Of a DNA stretch of 64,000 bases, positions 47,503-56,854 are shown piece by piece. A model generated the notes under the pieces. The model saw nothing but the letters and a program-made list of their open reading frames with translations. It had not been told where the DNA came from and did not search any database. Position 1 is the stretch's first letter. Every line of letters begins with the position of its first letter. The stretch spans positions 63,434 to 127,433 of the forward strand of contig JAZKIQ010000004.1 of assembly GCA_040384765.1 (NCBI GenBank), in the 5' to 3' direction. Source of the DNA: Patescibacteria group bacterium. GTDB lineage: Bacteria > Patescibacteriota > Minisyncoccia > Phycocordibacterales > JBBUBG01. The position numbers were made by a program, and so were the translations under genes.

Positions 47503-48162
47503 ATGTCGCATACAGTACATCCATACTCCCACCGCCTCGGCATTCTTCGTGACTGGAAGTCTCGCTGGTTTGGTGCGCGCGGCATGTATCAGAAATACCT
47601 CAAGCAGGATATTCTCCTTCGCGAGTTTCTCGAGCTCCGTCTTCGCGGCATGTATGTAAACTCTATCGAGATGGAGCGCGGCCAGAACACGCTTCGCGTT
47701 ATCTTGAAGACGTCTCGTCCGGGTATGATCATCGGCCGATCGGGGGAGGGCGCGCAGAAGCTCCGCAACGACATCATCAAGAAGCTCAGCCGCATCAAGG
47801 CTCCAATGCCAGGTGACGTTCGTATCGATATTGAAGAGGTTCGCGTACCGGAGGCTCACTCTGCGATTGTTTCTCAGATGATTGCTGAACAGCTTGAAAA
47901 GCGGTTGCCGTTTAAGCGCGTGATGAAGCAGACGATCGAGAAAGTGCTTGCAAATAAAGGGGTGGCAGGGGTGAAGATCACTCTGTCTGGCCGTCTCGGC
48001 GGTGCAGAGATGGGGCGTGTTGAAACGCTCAAAAAGGGCCGTCTTCCGCTCCAGACCCTTCGCGCTGATATCGACTTTGCTCGCGAGAAGGCCCATCTTT
48101 CATACGGAGATATCGGAATCAAGGTATGGATTTACAAAGGTGATGTATTTCCTACCAAATAA
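47503..48162 (+). CDS. rpsC: Ribosomal protein S3 (start MSHTVHPYSHRLGI)
   Basis: KH domain plus S3 C-terminal domain. Confidence 0.94.
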   Translation: MSHTVHPYSHRLGILRDWKSRWFGARGMYQKYLKQDILLREFLELRLRGMYVNSIEMERGQNTLRVILKTSRPGMIIGRSGEGAQKLRNDIIKKLSRIKAPMPGDVRIDIEEVRVPEAHSAIVSQMIAEQLEKRLPFKRVMKQTIEKVLANKGVAGVKITLSGRLGGAEMGRVETLKKGRLPLQTLRADIDFAREKAHLSYGDIGIKVWIYKGDVFPTK

Positions 48163-48168
48163 ACTGCC

Positions 48169-48588
48169 ATGCTTTTCCCTAAAAAAGTAAAACATCGCAA
48201 GTGGCACGTAATGCGATCAAATCCGAAGAAGAAGCGCGTAGAGACGCGTGGCACTACGGTTGCATTCGGTTCGTTTGGGCTGAAAGCGACGACACCCGCT
48301 CGTATCAAGTCGACGCAGATCGAAGCTGCCAGGAAGGCAATGCAGCGAAACCTCAAGAAAGCTGGCCGTATCTGGATTCGCATCTTCCCAGACATGCCAT
48401 ATGTAGGGCGTTCGGGAGAGGTGGGCATGGGTAAGGGAAAGGGTGATCCCCAGGGATATGTCTTTCAGGTATGGCCAGGACGCGTACTTTTTGAGATCGA
48501 CGGTGTTGATGATGCGCTTGCGCACGACACGCTGATGAAGGGGTCTGCAAAGCTCCCGTTAACTGCGCGCGTTGTTGCTCGAACATAA
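48169..48588 (+). CDS. rplP: Ribosomal protein L16
   Basis: Canonical L16. Confidence 0.95.
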   Translation: MLFPKKVKHRKWHVMRSNPKKKRVETRGTTVAFGSFGLKATTPARIKSTQIEAARKAMQRNLKKAGRIWIRIFPDMPYVGRSGEVGMGKGKGDPQGYVFQVWPGRVLFEIDGVDDALAHDTLMKGSAKLPLTARVVART

Positions 48589-48594
48589 ACTACT

Positions 48595-48852
48595 ATGACT
48601 GCTACCCCCACAAAACGAGAGGCAAGAACAATGAAAGGCGTCGTCGTGTCCGACAAGATGGACAAGACGGTGGTTGTCGTTGTTGAGCGATATGTTAAAC
48701 ACCCGAAGTACGGCAAATACCAGACGTTACGCAAGCGATTTAAGGCACATGACGAAGGAAATATGTACAAGACGGGAGACAAGGTAGTTATTGCCGAGTC
48801 AAAACCAATTTCAAAAGATAAGTCGTTTGTTGTTGTTTCGAAAGCAGCTTAA
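48595..48852 (+). CDS. rpsQ: Ribosomal protein S17
   Basis: KGVVVSDKMDKTVVVVVERYVKHPKYGK. Confidence 0.94.
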   Translation: MTATPTKREARTMKGVVVSDKMDKTVVVVVERYVKHPKYGKYQTLRKRFKAHDEGNMYKTGDKVVIAESKPISKDKSFVVVSKAA

Positions 48853-48857
48853 TTGCC

Positions 48858-49226
48858 ATGATACAGCCACGATCCATAGTAAAAATTGCAGACAACACGG
48901 GCGCCAAGATCGGCCGCATCTTCAAGGTGCTTGGTGGATCAAAGCGTCGCTACGCTCGCATTGGCGATGTCGTTGTTCTCTCCGTGCAGGTTGCCGAGCC
49001 TCGCAAGGCCACAAAAAAGAAGGATGTGGTAAAAGCAGTTGTTGTTCGCTCGCGCAATCCGTACCGTCGCGCAGACGGCTCGTATGTTCGCTTCGACGAA
49101 AACGCAGTCGTGATCATCGACGCAAAGAAGGAGCCGATTGGCGGACGTATCTTCGGTCCTATCCCACGCGAGATCGTGGAGGCAGGGTATCAGAAGATTG
49201 GCTCGCTCGCTCCTGAAGTCGTTTAA
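48858..49226 (+). CDS. rplN: Ribosomal protein L14
   Basis: MIQPRSIVKIADNTGAK. Confidence 0.96.
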   Translation: MIQPRSIVKIADNTGAKIGRIFKVLGGSKRRYARIGDVVVLSVQVAEPRKATKKKDVVKAVVVRSRNPYRRADGSYVRFDENAVVIIDAKKEPIGGRIFGPIPREIVEAGYQKIGSLAPEVV

Positions 49227-49235
49227 TGCACATAT

Positions 49236-49550
49236 ATGGCAGCTACACTTAAAAAATCAGATACGGTTATCGTGCTTTCAGGAAAGGATGCAGGAAAGAA
49301 GGGGAAGATCCTTCGTGTGTTTCCGAGCGATCACAAAATCTTGGTGGAGGGTGTCAACGAGCAGAAGCGCCACCAGCGCCCATCTAAGTCAAACCAGAAA
49401 GGCCAGATCGTCACAAAGCTTTCTCCGATTCATATCTCAAACGCGCTTTACTACTGCTCGAAGTGTGGCAAAGGTGTGCGAATGGGGGCAAAGATGATTG
49501 GAGATAAGAAGGTCCGCGCCTGCAAAGGCTGCGGCGTCGAGCTTGCGTAA
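49236..49550 (+). CDS. rplX: Ribosomal protein L24 with C-terminal C4 zinc-ribbon
   Basis: KOW VIVLSGKDAGKKGKI; tail CSKCGKGVRMGAKMIGDKKVRACKGCG. Confidence 0.9.
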   Translation: MAATLKKSDTVIVLSGKDAGKKGKILRVFPSDHKILVEGVNEQKRHQRPSKSNQKGQIVTKLSPIHISNALYYCSKCGKGVRMGAKMIGDKKVRACKGCGVELA

Positions 49551-49606
49551 TATACCGAATAATCATGGAACCGGGCCAAGAGCTCCTAGTACAGGATTGA
49601 AATACT

Positions 49607-50143
49607 ATGAAAAACGAACTGAAATCTCACTACATAAAAACGATCCCCGCCATCAAGGAGGAGCTTGGCATTAAGAATGTCATGGCCGTTCCAAAGATCA
49701 CCAAGGTGGTGGTATCAACGGGCACGGGCCGAAATCGTGATAAGAAGCGAGCAGCACTCATTGTTGACCGTCTTGCAAAGATTACTGGCCAAAAGCCGGC
49801 TTCGCGCGGTGCCAAGAAATCGATCGCAAGCTTCAAGCTTCGCGAGGGTGAAATCATTGGATACCAGATTACTCTTCGTGGTGCTCGCATGTGGAGCTTT
49901 CTCTCAAAGCTGATCAACGTGGCAATCCCACGTACCCGTGACTTCCGAGGTCTTGAGACAAAGGGAGTTGATGAGATGGGCAACTTCACGATGGGTGTAA
50001 AAGAGCATATTGTGTTCCCAGAGAGCGCCGACGAAGATATCAAGGATGTGTTCGGAATCGCTGTTACCGTAGTAACGACCGCAAAGGACAAGAAGTCTGC
50101 AGAATCGCTTCTCCGAGCCGTAGGGTTTCCGTTTAAGAAGTAA
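49607..50143 (+). CDS. rplE: Ribosomal protein L5
   Basis: Canonical L5. Confidence 0.95.
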   Translation: MKNELKSHYIKTIPAIKEELGIKNVMAVPKITKVVVSTGTGRNRDKKRAALIVDRLAKITGQKPASRGAKKSIASFKLREGEIIGYQITLRGARMWSFLSKLINVAIPRTRDFRGLETKGVDEMGNFTMGVKEHIVFPESADEDIKDVFGIAVTVVTTAKDKKSAESLLRAVGFPFKK

Positions 50144-50156
50144 ATTGTATTAAAGA

Positions 50157-50190
50157 TAAAAGGGCCCGGATCTCGTTCCGGGCCCTTTTG
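50157..50190. terminator. Terminator ending the r-protein operon after rplE
   Basis: aaaagggcccggatctcgttccgggcccttttg. Confidence 0.7.
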
Positions 50191-50589
50191 CTATTCGTAG
50201 CCTCCCACCAGTTCCCATGTCTGGTTTTCGGCGCATTTCGGAACCGTACACTCGAACAGTTCTACGCTGACATACCTGCTGCGCACGCCTTCTTGAGGCG
50301 AGAGAAGTTCGAGTGTCTTTTTGCATTTCATGGCACGCAAATGTACTCGGCAGGGCGGCTTGAAGAACTGTTCGTTTCTTTCGACTGTGCACTTCTTGCA
50401 GCCCTTGCGTAGACGCCACTGATGCAGAAAGTCGCTATCAGAACGCGATTCGATGGCGATGAAAAGACACTGCCATGCATGAGAACAGCTTGCTTGTAAT
50501 TGCGCCAACTCTTCCTCGGCAGATGAGATCTCGCGTTTGGCGGCTTCTATTCTTTGCTTCTGTTTTTGTACCAGGTCGAAAATGGCCAT
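50191..50589 (-). CDS. Coiled-coil plus Cys-rich hypothetical protein (132 aa from MAIFDLV; SD ggaggagaga)
   Basis: C-terminus SCSHAWQC...GCKKC...C...C, likely zinc-binding. Confidence 0.45.
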   Translation of the reverse strand: MAIFDLVQKQKQRIEAAKREISSAEEELAQLQASCSHAWQCLFIAIESRSDSDFLHQWRLRKGCKKCTVERNEQFFKPPCRVHLRAMKCKKTLELLSPQEGVRSRYVSVELFECTVPKCAENQTWELVGGYE

Positions 50590-50665
50590 TCTCTCCTCCA
50601 GGTTTGTCTTGTCGCTATAACTGCACAAGGTCAGGATAGGTTGTTTTTGTGTTACTATCGGGCGC

Positions 50666-51244
50666 ATGAACCTCGACTCGCTTCTTCGGTTTGTTGCGCT
50701 CACGCATGAATTTCAAAAAATAGAGCGCAAGCTGTATGTTGCCGGGCTGTCTCGCAAAGAGAATGATGTAGAGCACTCGTACCAACTGGCGCTCCTCGCG
50801 TGGTATGTAGTTTCAACGCAAAAGATTTCGCTTGATGTCGATAAGGTGATTCGGTATGCGATGGTGCATGACTTCGTCGAAGTGTTTGCCGGGGACACTT
50901 TTTTCTTTGGCGAGCGGAGTGGAAAAGAGGAACGCGAAAGGGAAGCGGCTTTGCGTTTACAGAAAGAGTATCCAGAATTTTCAGAGCTTCACGAGTGGAT
51001 CGCTGCATATGAATCAAAAGCCGACCCGGAAAGCCTGTTTGTGTACGCACTTGATAAGGTGGTACCGATTTTAAATATCTATCTTGATGGCGGGCGAACT
51101 TGGAAGGAGCATGGGATAACTTTCGAGCAGCTCTTTCTCAACAAACAAAAAGTGATTAACGAGCCTCGTGTACGAGTGCTTTTTGACGAACTTATGGCTC
51201 GCCTTCGTGACGAAGCCCCGAGTCTCTTTCCCGAGGATAGGTAA
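50666..51244 (+). CDS. HD-domain phosphohydrolase (YfbR-like 5'-nucleotidase family)
   Basis: H...HD motif: VEHSYQLALLAWY ... YAMVHDFVEVFAGD. Confidence 0.8.
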   Translation: MNLDSLLRFVALTHEFQKIERKLYVAGLSRKENDVEHSYQLALLAWYVVSTQKISLDVDKVIRYAMVHDFVEVFAGDTFFFGERSGKEEREREAALRLQKEYPEFSELHEWIAAYESKADPESLFVYALDKVVPILNIYLDGGRTWKEHGITFEQLFLNKQKVINEPRVRVLFDELMARLRDEAPSLFPEDR

Positions 51245-51508
51245 TACCTTGTTCATTTCATCTTTCTCCTCTATACTCATCCCGTGAGTGCAGCTCGAAA
51301 TAATTCTTATTACGAGCAACACCTTCATGAAGAATTGTGCACAAGGGTCCTTGGTTTACCTCGGACCTTTCGTGTTTACAGGCACTTCATGTATACTCTC
51401 TGGCGTGGGTCGTCTTTTGGCATAGGTCACGGCGACACTCACATTCACAATTTTTTATGGAGGCTTGTCCCGTGGCCTTTGCCGCGAGATGACCGACAGA
51501 AGAAAAAG

Positions 51509-51537
51509 AAAAAATCCGCGCAAGCGGATTTTTTCTT
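51509..51537. terminator. Bidirectional terminator
   Basis: aaaaaatccgcgcaagcggattttttc. Confidence 0.6.
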
Positions 51538-51799
51538 TTGTATTTCCGGTAAGAATGAGCATTAAAAAATTTCGAGCATCTGCAGTCAGTTTTTAAAAGA
51601 AAGGAGATATGATTTCCGAAAATAGTGGTCGCACTACACGAAGTGAGTGCGGGAACCGCTTTTATTTTCGAGAAATCAGAGCGACAATTCTTTTTTAAAT
51701 GACGAAGCCGCGAGAAATTTTTTAATGCGAATGAAGTTTATCCACACTTTTCTGTAAAAAAATATTGTATGCATCGTCATCATGGTCGATAATGAATGC

Positions 51800-51916
51800 A
51801 TGGAGGTGACAACTGGTCGACGTCACCGAATGCATAAACGAATGATACGAAACATGGCAAAGAAAAAGGCAATGAAGAAGAAGGCAGCAAAGAAGACAAC
51901 AAAGAAGCGCCAGTAA
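51800..51916 (+). CDS. Possible very basic 38-aa peptide (ribosomal-protein-like); low confidence
   Basis: MEVTTGRRHRMHKRMIRNMAKKKAMKKKAAKKTTKKRQ; no SD; followed by a terminator. Confidence 0.2.
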   Translation: MEVTTGRRHRMHKRMIRNMAKKKAMKKKAAKKTTKKRQ

Positions 51917-51930
51917 TTTGTTTTCTCTCA

Positions 51931-51963
51931 AAAAACTTTCCGGACATCCGGAAAGTTTTTTGT
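51931..51963 (+). terminator. Rho-independent terminator
   Basis: aaaaactttccggacatccggaaagttttttg. Confidence 0.65.
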
Positions 51964-52015
51964 TTTCACTGAAGTAAGTGGAGGTTTTTATAGAGACTGT
52001 CTTTCAAACAAAAAT

Positions 52016-54586
52016 GTGCTAAAATGCCTCTTTAAGAATATGTCTTTCCTTTCATCACTTTTTGGCACTTCTCCCGAGCGCGCTATGCGTCTCTATAGCC
52101 CGACCGTAGAGAAGATCAATTCATATGAGGCAGGTCTTAAAGATCTGCCCGACTCTGCTTTCCCGGAGAAGACTGCTGAGCTCCGATCGCGCCTCGCAGA
52201 TGGCGCTACCCTCGAAGATATCCTCCCTGAGGCGTTTGCTCTCGTGCGAGAGGCTGCGGTGCGCACGCTCGGACAGCGTCACTACGATGTGCAGCTGATC
52301 GGTGGCATCGTGCTCCATCAGGGCAAGATTGCTGAGATGCGCACGGGAGAGGGAAAGACTCTCGTTGCTACGCTTCCGGTATATCTCAACGCACTTACAA
52401 AAAAAGGAGTGCACGTGATCACCGTCAACGACTATCTCGCTCGTCGAGATGCCGTCTGGATGGGTCAGGTGTATGCATTCCTCGGTCTTTCGACATCGGT
52501 GCTCAATCATGAGTCATCGTTTCTGTACGACCCATCGCACAAAGAGCTCGATGAAAAACGCGACGAGACGGCATCGTTTAAGATTGTGTACGAATTCATG
52601 CGCCCCTGCACCCGTCGTGAAGCGTACCAGTCTGATATTACGTATGGTACAAACCACGAATACGGATTTGATTATTTGCGCGACAACCTAGCCTACGGAG
52701 AGTCGGGTCTCTCGCAAGTGTCTCCCAGTTCTACCGACGCGAGCGGCAATCATCACTTTGCTGTAGTCGATGAGATCGACTCTATCCTTATCGACGAGGC
52801 TCGCACGCCACTTATTATTTCTGCCCCCGTTGCTGAGAGTGAGTCGCTGTATAAGACATTTGCTGATATCGCCACCAAGCTTCTGCCAGAGAAGCATTAT
52901 GCGATCGACGAAAAGCTTCGTGCTATCACCCTTACCGAAGAGGGCATCGAGACAGCTGAGAAGATCCTGGGCGTAGATAACATCTATACCGACAAGGGGA
53001 TCAAGTACGTTCATCATCTCGAGACTGCCGTGCGTGCCCGGGCGCTCTTTCACCTTGATAAGGAGTATGTCGTAAAAGAGGGTGAGGTGGTCATTGTTGA
53101 CCAGTCGACAGGTCGCCTTCAGCCGGGGCGGCGCTGGAGCGAGGGGCTTCATCAGGCGATCGAAGCCAAGGAGGGGGTTTACGTCAAAGAAGAGTCGCGT
53201 ACCTACGCCTCGATCTCGTTTCAAAACTATTTTCGCCTCTACAAAAAGCTTGCTGGCATGACCGGTACGGCGCTTACCTCGGCAGAGGAGTTTACCAAAG
53301 TGTATCGCTTGGAGGTGGTGCCGGTGCCGACGCATCGTTCGGTTGCGCGAGATGACCTCGATGATTTTATTTTCCAAACTGAGATGGGAAAGTATTCTGC
53401 CATCGCAAAAAAGATCAAGGAGGTGAATCTTCTGGGTCAACCAGTCCTTGTGGGAACGATCTCGATTGAAAAGAACGAGCTTCTTTCGCAGTTTCTCTCC
53501 CGCGAAGGGGTGAAGCACGAAATTTTGAATGCAAAAAATCATGAACGTGAAGGTGAGATCATTGCAAACGCTGGACGAAAAGGGGCGGTGACCATTGCGA
53601 CCAACATGGCGGGTCGCGGTGTGGATATCAAGCTTGGCGGCGCTCTCGCAAAGGAAGATGCCTACAGCGAAGTTCGATCGCTGGGCGGCCTTTTCGTGCT
53701 TGGCACCGAGCGGCACGAAGCACGCCGTATCGATAACCAGCTTCGTGGGCGCTCTGGTCGCCAAGGCGATCCAGGAGCCACGCAGTTTTTCCTCTCGCTC
53801 GAAGATTCCCTCATGCGCGTGTTTGCGTCGGACACTGTGAAGAGCTTGATGGGGAAGCTAGGCATTCCAGAAGACGAGCCGATTCAGAATCGTCTTGTGT
53901 CGCGATCGATAGAGTCCGCGCAGGAAAAGATCGAAGGGTTTCATTTTGATGCACGAAAGCATCTTCTTGAATACGACGACGTAATGAACCATCAGCGCAA
54001 GATTATCTATGAGCGCCGCAGAAAGATTTTGCTTGGAACATACGACTATCTTGAGGAGTTTCTCACTTCGATCACTGATGAAAACGATACCGAGTTTCAG
54101 GCAATGCTTGGTGGCAAAAAGGATGCTATGGGACGCGAGAAGTTTTTGGATATGGTACGTAGCCTGACCCTGCAGTGTATCGACATGTACTGGGTAGAGC
54201 ATCTCGAGGCGATGGATCACCTCCAGCAGTCTGTACGGCTGCGTGCCTATGGCCAGCGTGATCCGCTGGTAGAGTACAAGCGTGAAGGTCTCGGGCTCTT
54301 TAAAAATCTTGAGTCGAGTATTTTTGCAGAAGTGGTGCGCCTGTTGCCGGGGCTTGGGGTTGAGCTTGCAAAGAGCGATGCCCAGACGCAAAAACTCGAA
54401 GAGGTGCATGCTCAAGCGGTGCTGATCGGCGGATCAAATACGGGAAATGTTGAGGACAAGGGGAGCGATGCGGAGCCCGGCCTCGGAAGGAATGACCTGT
54501 GTCCATGCGGCTCTGGCAAAAAATATAAGCATTGCGGGCTCAAGGAGACCGAAGAACACAAGCGACTGATTGAGGAGAAGGCGTAG
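52016..54586 (+). CDS. secA: Preprotein translocase ATPase SecA (true start may be Met9 at 52040)
   Basis: DEAD-like motor; C-terminal zinc finger CPCGSGKKYKHCG; extended -10 tgctaaaat upstream. Confidence 0.96.
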   Translation: MLKCLFKNMSFLSSLFGTSPERAMRLYSPTVEKINSYEAGLKDLPDSAFPEKTAELRSRLADGATLEDILPEAFALVREAAVRTLGQRHYDVQLIGGIVLHQGKIAEMRTGEGKTLVATLPVYLNALTKKGVHVITVNDYLARRDAVWMGQVYAFLGLSTSVLNHESSFLYDPSHKELDEKRDETASFKIVYEFMRPCTRREAYQSDITYGTNHEYGFDYLRDNLAYGESGLSQVSPSSTDASGNHHFAVVDEIDSILIDEARTPLIISAPVAESESLYKTFADIATKLLPEKHYAIDEKLRAITLTEEGIETAEKILGVDNIYTDKGIKYVHHLETAVRARALFHLDKEYVVKEGEVVIVDQSTGRLQPGRRWSEGLHQAIEAKEGVYVKEESRTYASISFQNYFRLYKKLAGMTGTALTSAEEFTKVYRLEVVPVPTHRSVARDDLDDFIFQTEMGKYSAIAKKIKEVNLLGQPVLVGTISIEKNELLSQFLSREGVKHEILNAKNHEREGEIIANAGRKGAVTIATNMAGRGVDIKLGGALAKEDAYSEVRSLGGLFVLGTERHEARRIDNQLRGRSGRQGDPGATQFFLSLEDSLMRVFASDTVKSLMGKLGIPEDEPIQNRLVSRSIESAQEKIEGFHFDARKHLLEYDDVMNHQRKIIYERRRKILLGTYDYLEEFLTSITDENDTEFQAMLGGKKDAMGREKFLDMVRSLTLQCIDMYWVEHLEAMDHLQQSVRLRAYGQRDPLVEYKREGLGLFKNLESSIFAEVVRLLPGLGVELAKSDAQTQKLEEVHAQAVLIGGSNTGNVEDKGSDAEPGLGRNDLCPCGSGKKYKHCGLKETEEHKRLIEEKA

Positions 54587-54616
54587 GACCAACCAGAGAT
54601 ATAATCACGTACCACC

Positions 54617-55330
54617 ATGGAACTCAACCGATATGCGACACAGGAGGAGACGCAAAAGGCTGCTACAGCAGCTCTAAACGAGCTACTTCGCACGCGGAGC
54701 GGTTTGCCGACCCTTTTTCTCGGAGTGGGGGGTTCGTCGCTCGCGCTACTCGACGGGGTTGACCTCGCTCTTGTTGGCCCGCATCTCATGTTTGGTCTTG
54801 CAGATGATCGTTTTAGCCCAGACCCGAAGGTGAACAACTTTTCGTCGGCAAAGGCTGGCGCGTGGTACCCGAAGTGGGTCGAAGCGGGTGTCGGTATAAT
54901 CGACTCCACGGTCTCAGGCGGCGAGAGCTTGCAGGCTTTTGCGACACGCATCGAGAGTGCGATTAAAAAGTGGCGGGAGGATCATCCCGATGGAATGATC
55001 ATTATGACCCAAGGCGTTGGCCCCGACGGCCATACACAAGGGATCATGCCGTTTCCTGAAAACCCTGCTCGCTTCAACGAACTCTTTCTGAACACCGAGC
55101 GATGGTATACCGATTATGATGCTACTGGCAAGAACCCGCATCCGCTGCGAGGTACCGTCACAGCCTCTTTTTTGCGCACGGAAGTAGCCGAGTCGATTGT
55201 ATATATGACAGGGGAGGCAAAGCGCGATGCTCTCGAGCGCATTCTTTCTTCCGAGGGAACTCTCGCGGAAACCCCCGCACGCATTATTCGTGAAATGCCT
55301 GCTGTCACGATCTATACCGATATTAGATGA
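54617..55330 (+). CDS. 6-phosphogluconolactonase / glucosamine-6-phosphate isomerase family protein
   Basis: TQGVGPDGHTQGIMPF motif. Confidence 0.7.
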   Translation: MELNRYATQEETQKAATAALNELLRTRSGLPTLFLGVGGSSLALLDGVDLALVGPHLMFGLADDRFSPDPKVNNFSSAKAGAWYPKWVEAGVGIIDSTVSGGESLQAFATRIESAIKKWREDHPDGMIIMTQGVGPDGHTQGIMPFPENPARFNELFLNTERWYTDYDATGKNPHPLRGTVTASFLRTEVAESIVYMTGEAKRDALERILSSEGTLAETPARIIREMPAVTIYTDIR

Positions 55331-56085
55331 TCGTAGAGTCAATAAAAACTCGGCTTTTGGTGCCGCCGAAAGATGACCTCTTGTCGGCGATTTTTGACTC
55401 GATCCCAGCTCTCCCTGAAAAATCAGTTCTTGCGGTCACCTCGAAGGTGGTAAGTATCTGGCAGGGGAGGTGCGTGTCCGCTTCCTCTGTTGTTGATAAG
55501 GATGAGTTGATCAAGAAAGAGGCGGATCGCTATCTGCCCCGAGGGTTTGCCTCGAACAGACTCGTGATGCATACGGAGAAGAACGGCTTCTTTATACCGA
55601 CTGCTGGCATCGATGAGAGCAATGCCGATGGCTACTACATATTGTGGCCCGAGCATCCAGGGCGCTTGGCAGAAGAGATTCGGGCGGCGTGCATGAAGCA
55701 CTATGGGGTATCGGCGCTCGGTGTGGTGGTTACCGACTCTCATTCGGTTCCACGGCGGCGCGGCACGGTGGGTGTGTCCCTTGGGCATGCTGGCTTTGCG
55801 CCGCTCCACGACTACCGCGAAACCCCCGACCTCTTTGGGCGTATCCTCAAAATAACGATGCTCAATGTGGCAGACTCTATCGCCTCTGCCGCTGTGCTTG
55901 CCATGGGTGAGGGTACCGAAAGGACCCCTCTCGCACTTCTCTCGGGAGTGCCCTTTGTCGATTTTGAGCACGGCGAATCAGATAAAAAGTACGGCTCGTT
56001 TGAAGTGCCGAAAGACGAGGATCTTTACGCTCCATTTTTTGAAAGTGCGCCTTGGGAGGAAGGTGAGGGTGGCTTGCGAATATAG
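55327..56085 (+). CDS. CofE-like protein (F420-0:gamma-glutamyl ligase family fold)
   Basis: LGHAGFAP...LNVADSIASAAVLAMGEGTERTPLAL. Confidence 0.65.
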   Translation: MIVESIKTRLLVPPKDDLLSAIFDSIPALPEKSVLAVTSKVVSIWQGRCVSASSVVDKDELIKKEADRYLPRGFASNRLVMHTEKNGFFIPTAGIDESNADGYYILWPEHPGRLAEEIRAACMKHYGVSALGVVVTDSHSVPRRRGTVGVSLGHAGFAPLHDYRETPDLFGRILKITMLNVADSIASAAVLAMGEGTERTPLALLSGVPFVDFEHGESDKKYGSFEVPKDEDLYAPFFESAPWEEGEGGLRI

Positions 56086-56103
56086 AAAGGGTATACTTAT
56101 ACC

Positions 56104-56793
56104 ATGAGCCACGTAGAGTCAGTACAGAAACTGTACGACGAGTGGGCCCCGCTTTATGACCTATCAACAAAGCGGAGTATTGCGTATCTCGTGGAAGATG
56201 GTATTTTCGCGGATGCCGTTGACCCCAAAAAGAGTGATCGGATTCTCGACCTAGGCAGCGGTACTGGCAGAACAGTCTCTCAGCTGCTTGGTTCTGGTGC
56301 GCATGTTGAGGGGATGGACCTTTCCCGAAAGATGCTCGAAATAGCGCGTGAGAAGTTTCCAGCCATTACGTTTCATGAAGGAAATATCGAAGAGGGTCTT
56401 CCGGGCGCGGAAGGCTTTTTTTCTAAAATAACGAGTTCGCTGACATTTCAGTTTGTGCAGTATGCGGAAAAGGTGTTTACCGAAGCGCATAGGGTGCTCA
56501 CTCCATCCGGCACCTTTTTCTTTACCGACTTTATTGCGGATGCTCCTCTCGAGTGGCCCTCAGTTGTGTACCGAGAGCCGAAGCTTTTTGCGGGTTCGAT
56601 CGGCTCAATCTCTCGCTTTCGACGCCTCGTAGAGTATCTGGAGATGATCGACCACTCTGGGTTTCGACTTGTCGAGCTTCGTCCGCTTCGCGTGGGTGAG
56701 GAGTGTCGCGAGGTGCTCACTCCCGACTCTTTTGAGAAAGTGGTGGACAAATGGGCGAGTCTCTTGTTTGTTCTCAAGAAAAAAGAACGGTAA
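56104..56793 (+). CDS. Class I SAM-dependent methyltransferase
   Basis: RILDLGSGTGR motif I. Confidence 0.85.
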   Translation: MSHVESVQKLYDEWAPLYDLSTKRSIAYLVEDGIFADAVDPKKSDRILDLGSGTGRTVSQLLGSGAHVEGMDLSRKMLEIAREKFPAITFHEGNIEEGLPGAEGFFSKITSSLTFQFVQYAEKVFTEAHRVLTPSGTFFFTDFIADAPLEWPSVVYREPKLFAGSIGSISRFRRLVEYLEMIDHSGFRLVELRPLRVGEECREVLTPDSFEKVVDKWASLLFVLKKKER

Positions 56794-56854
56794 GTTTTTT
56801 GCTGCGGAAAGATGTCCACGGCCTCGAAAGATAACTCATGATACGATAAAGGAG

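Noticed and set aside
51071-51565. Short ORFs 51071..51328(-), 51284..51565(+), 51722..51931(-)
   Set aside because: They overlap the HD gene end or the AT-rich spacer and have no SD or coherent composition. They are treated as non-coding.
52688-53764. 358-aa minus ORF
   Set aside because: Antisense of secA.
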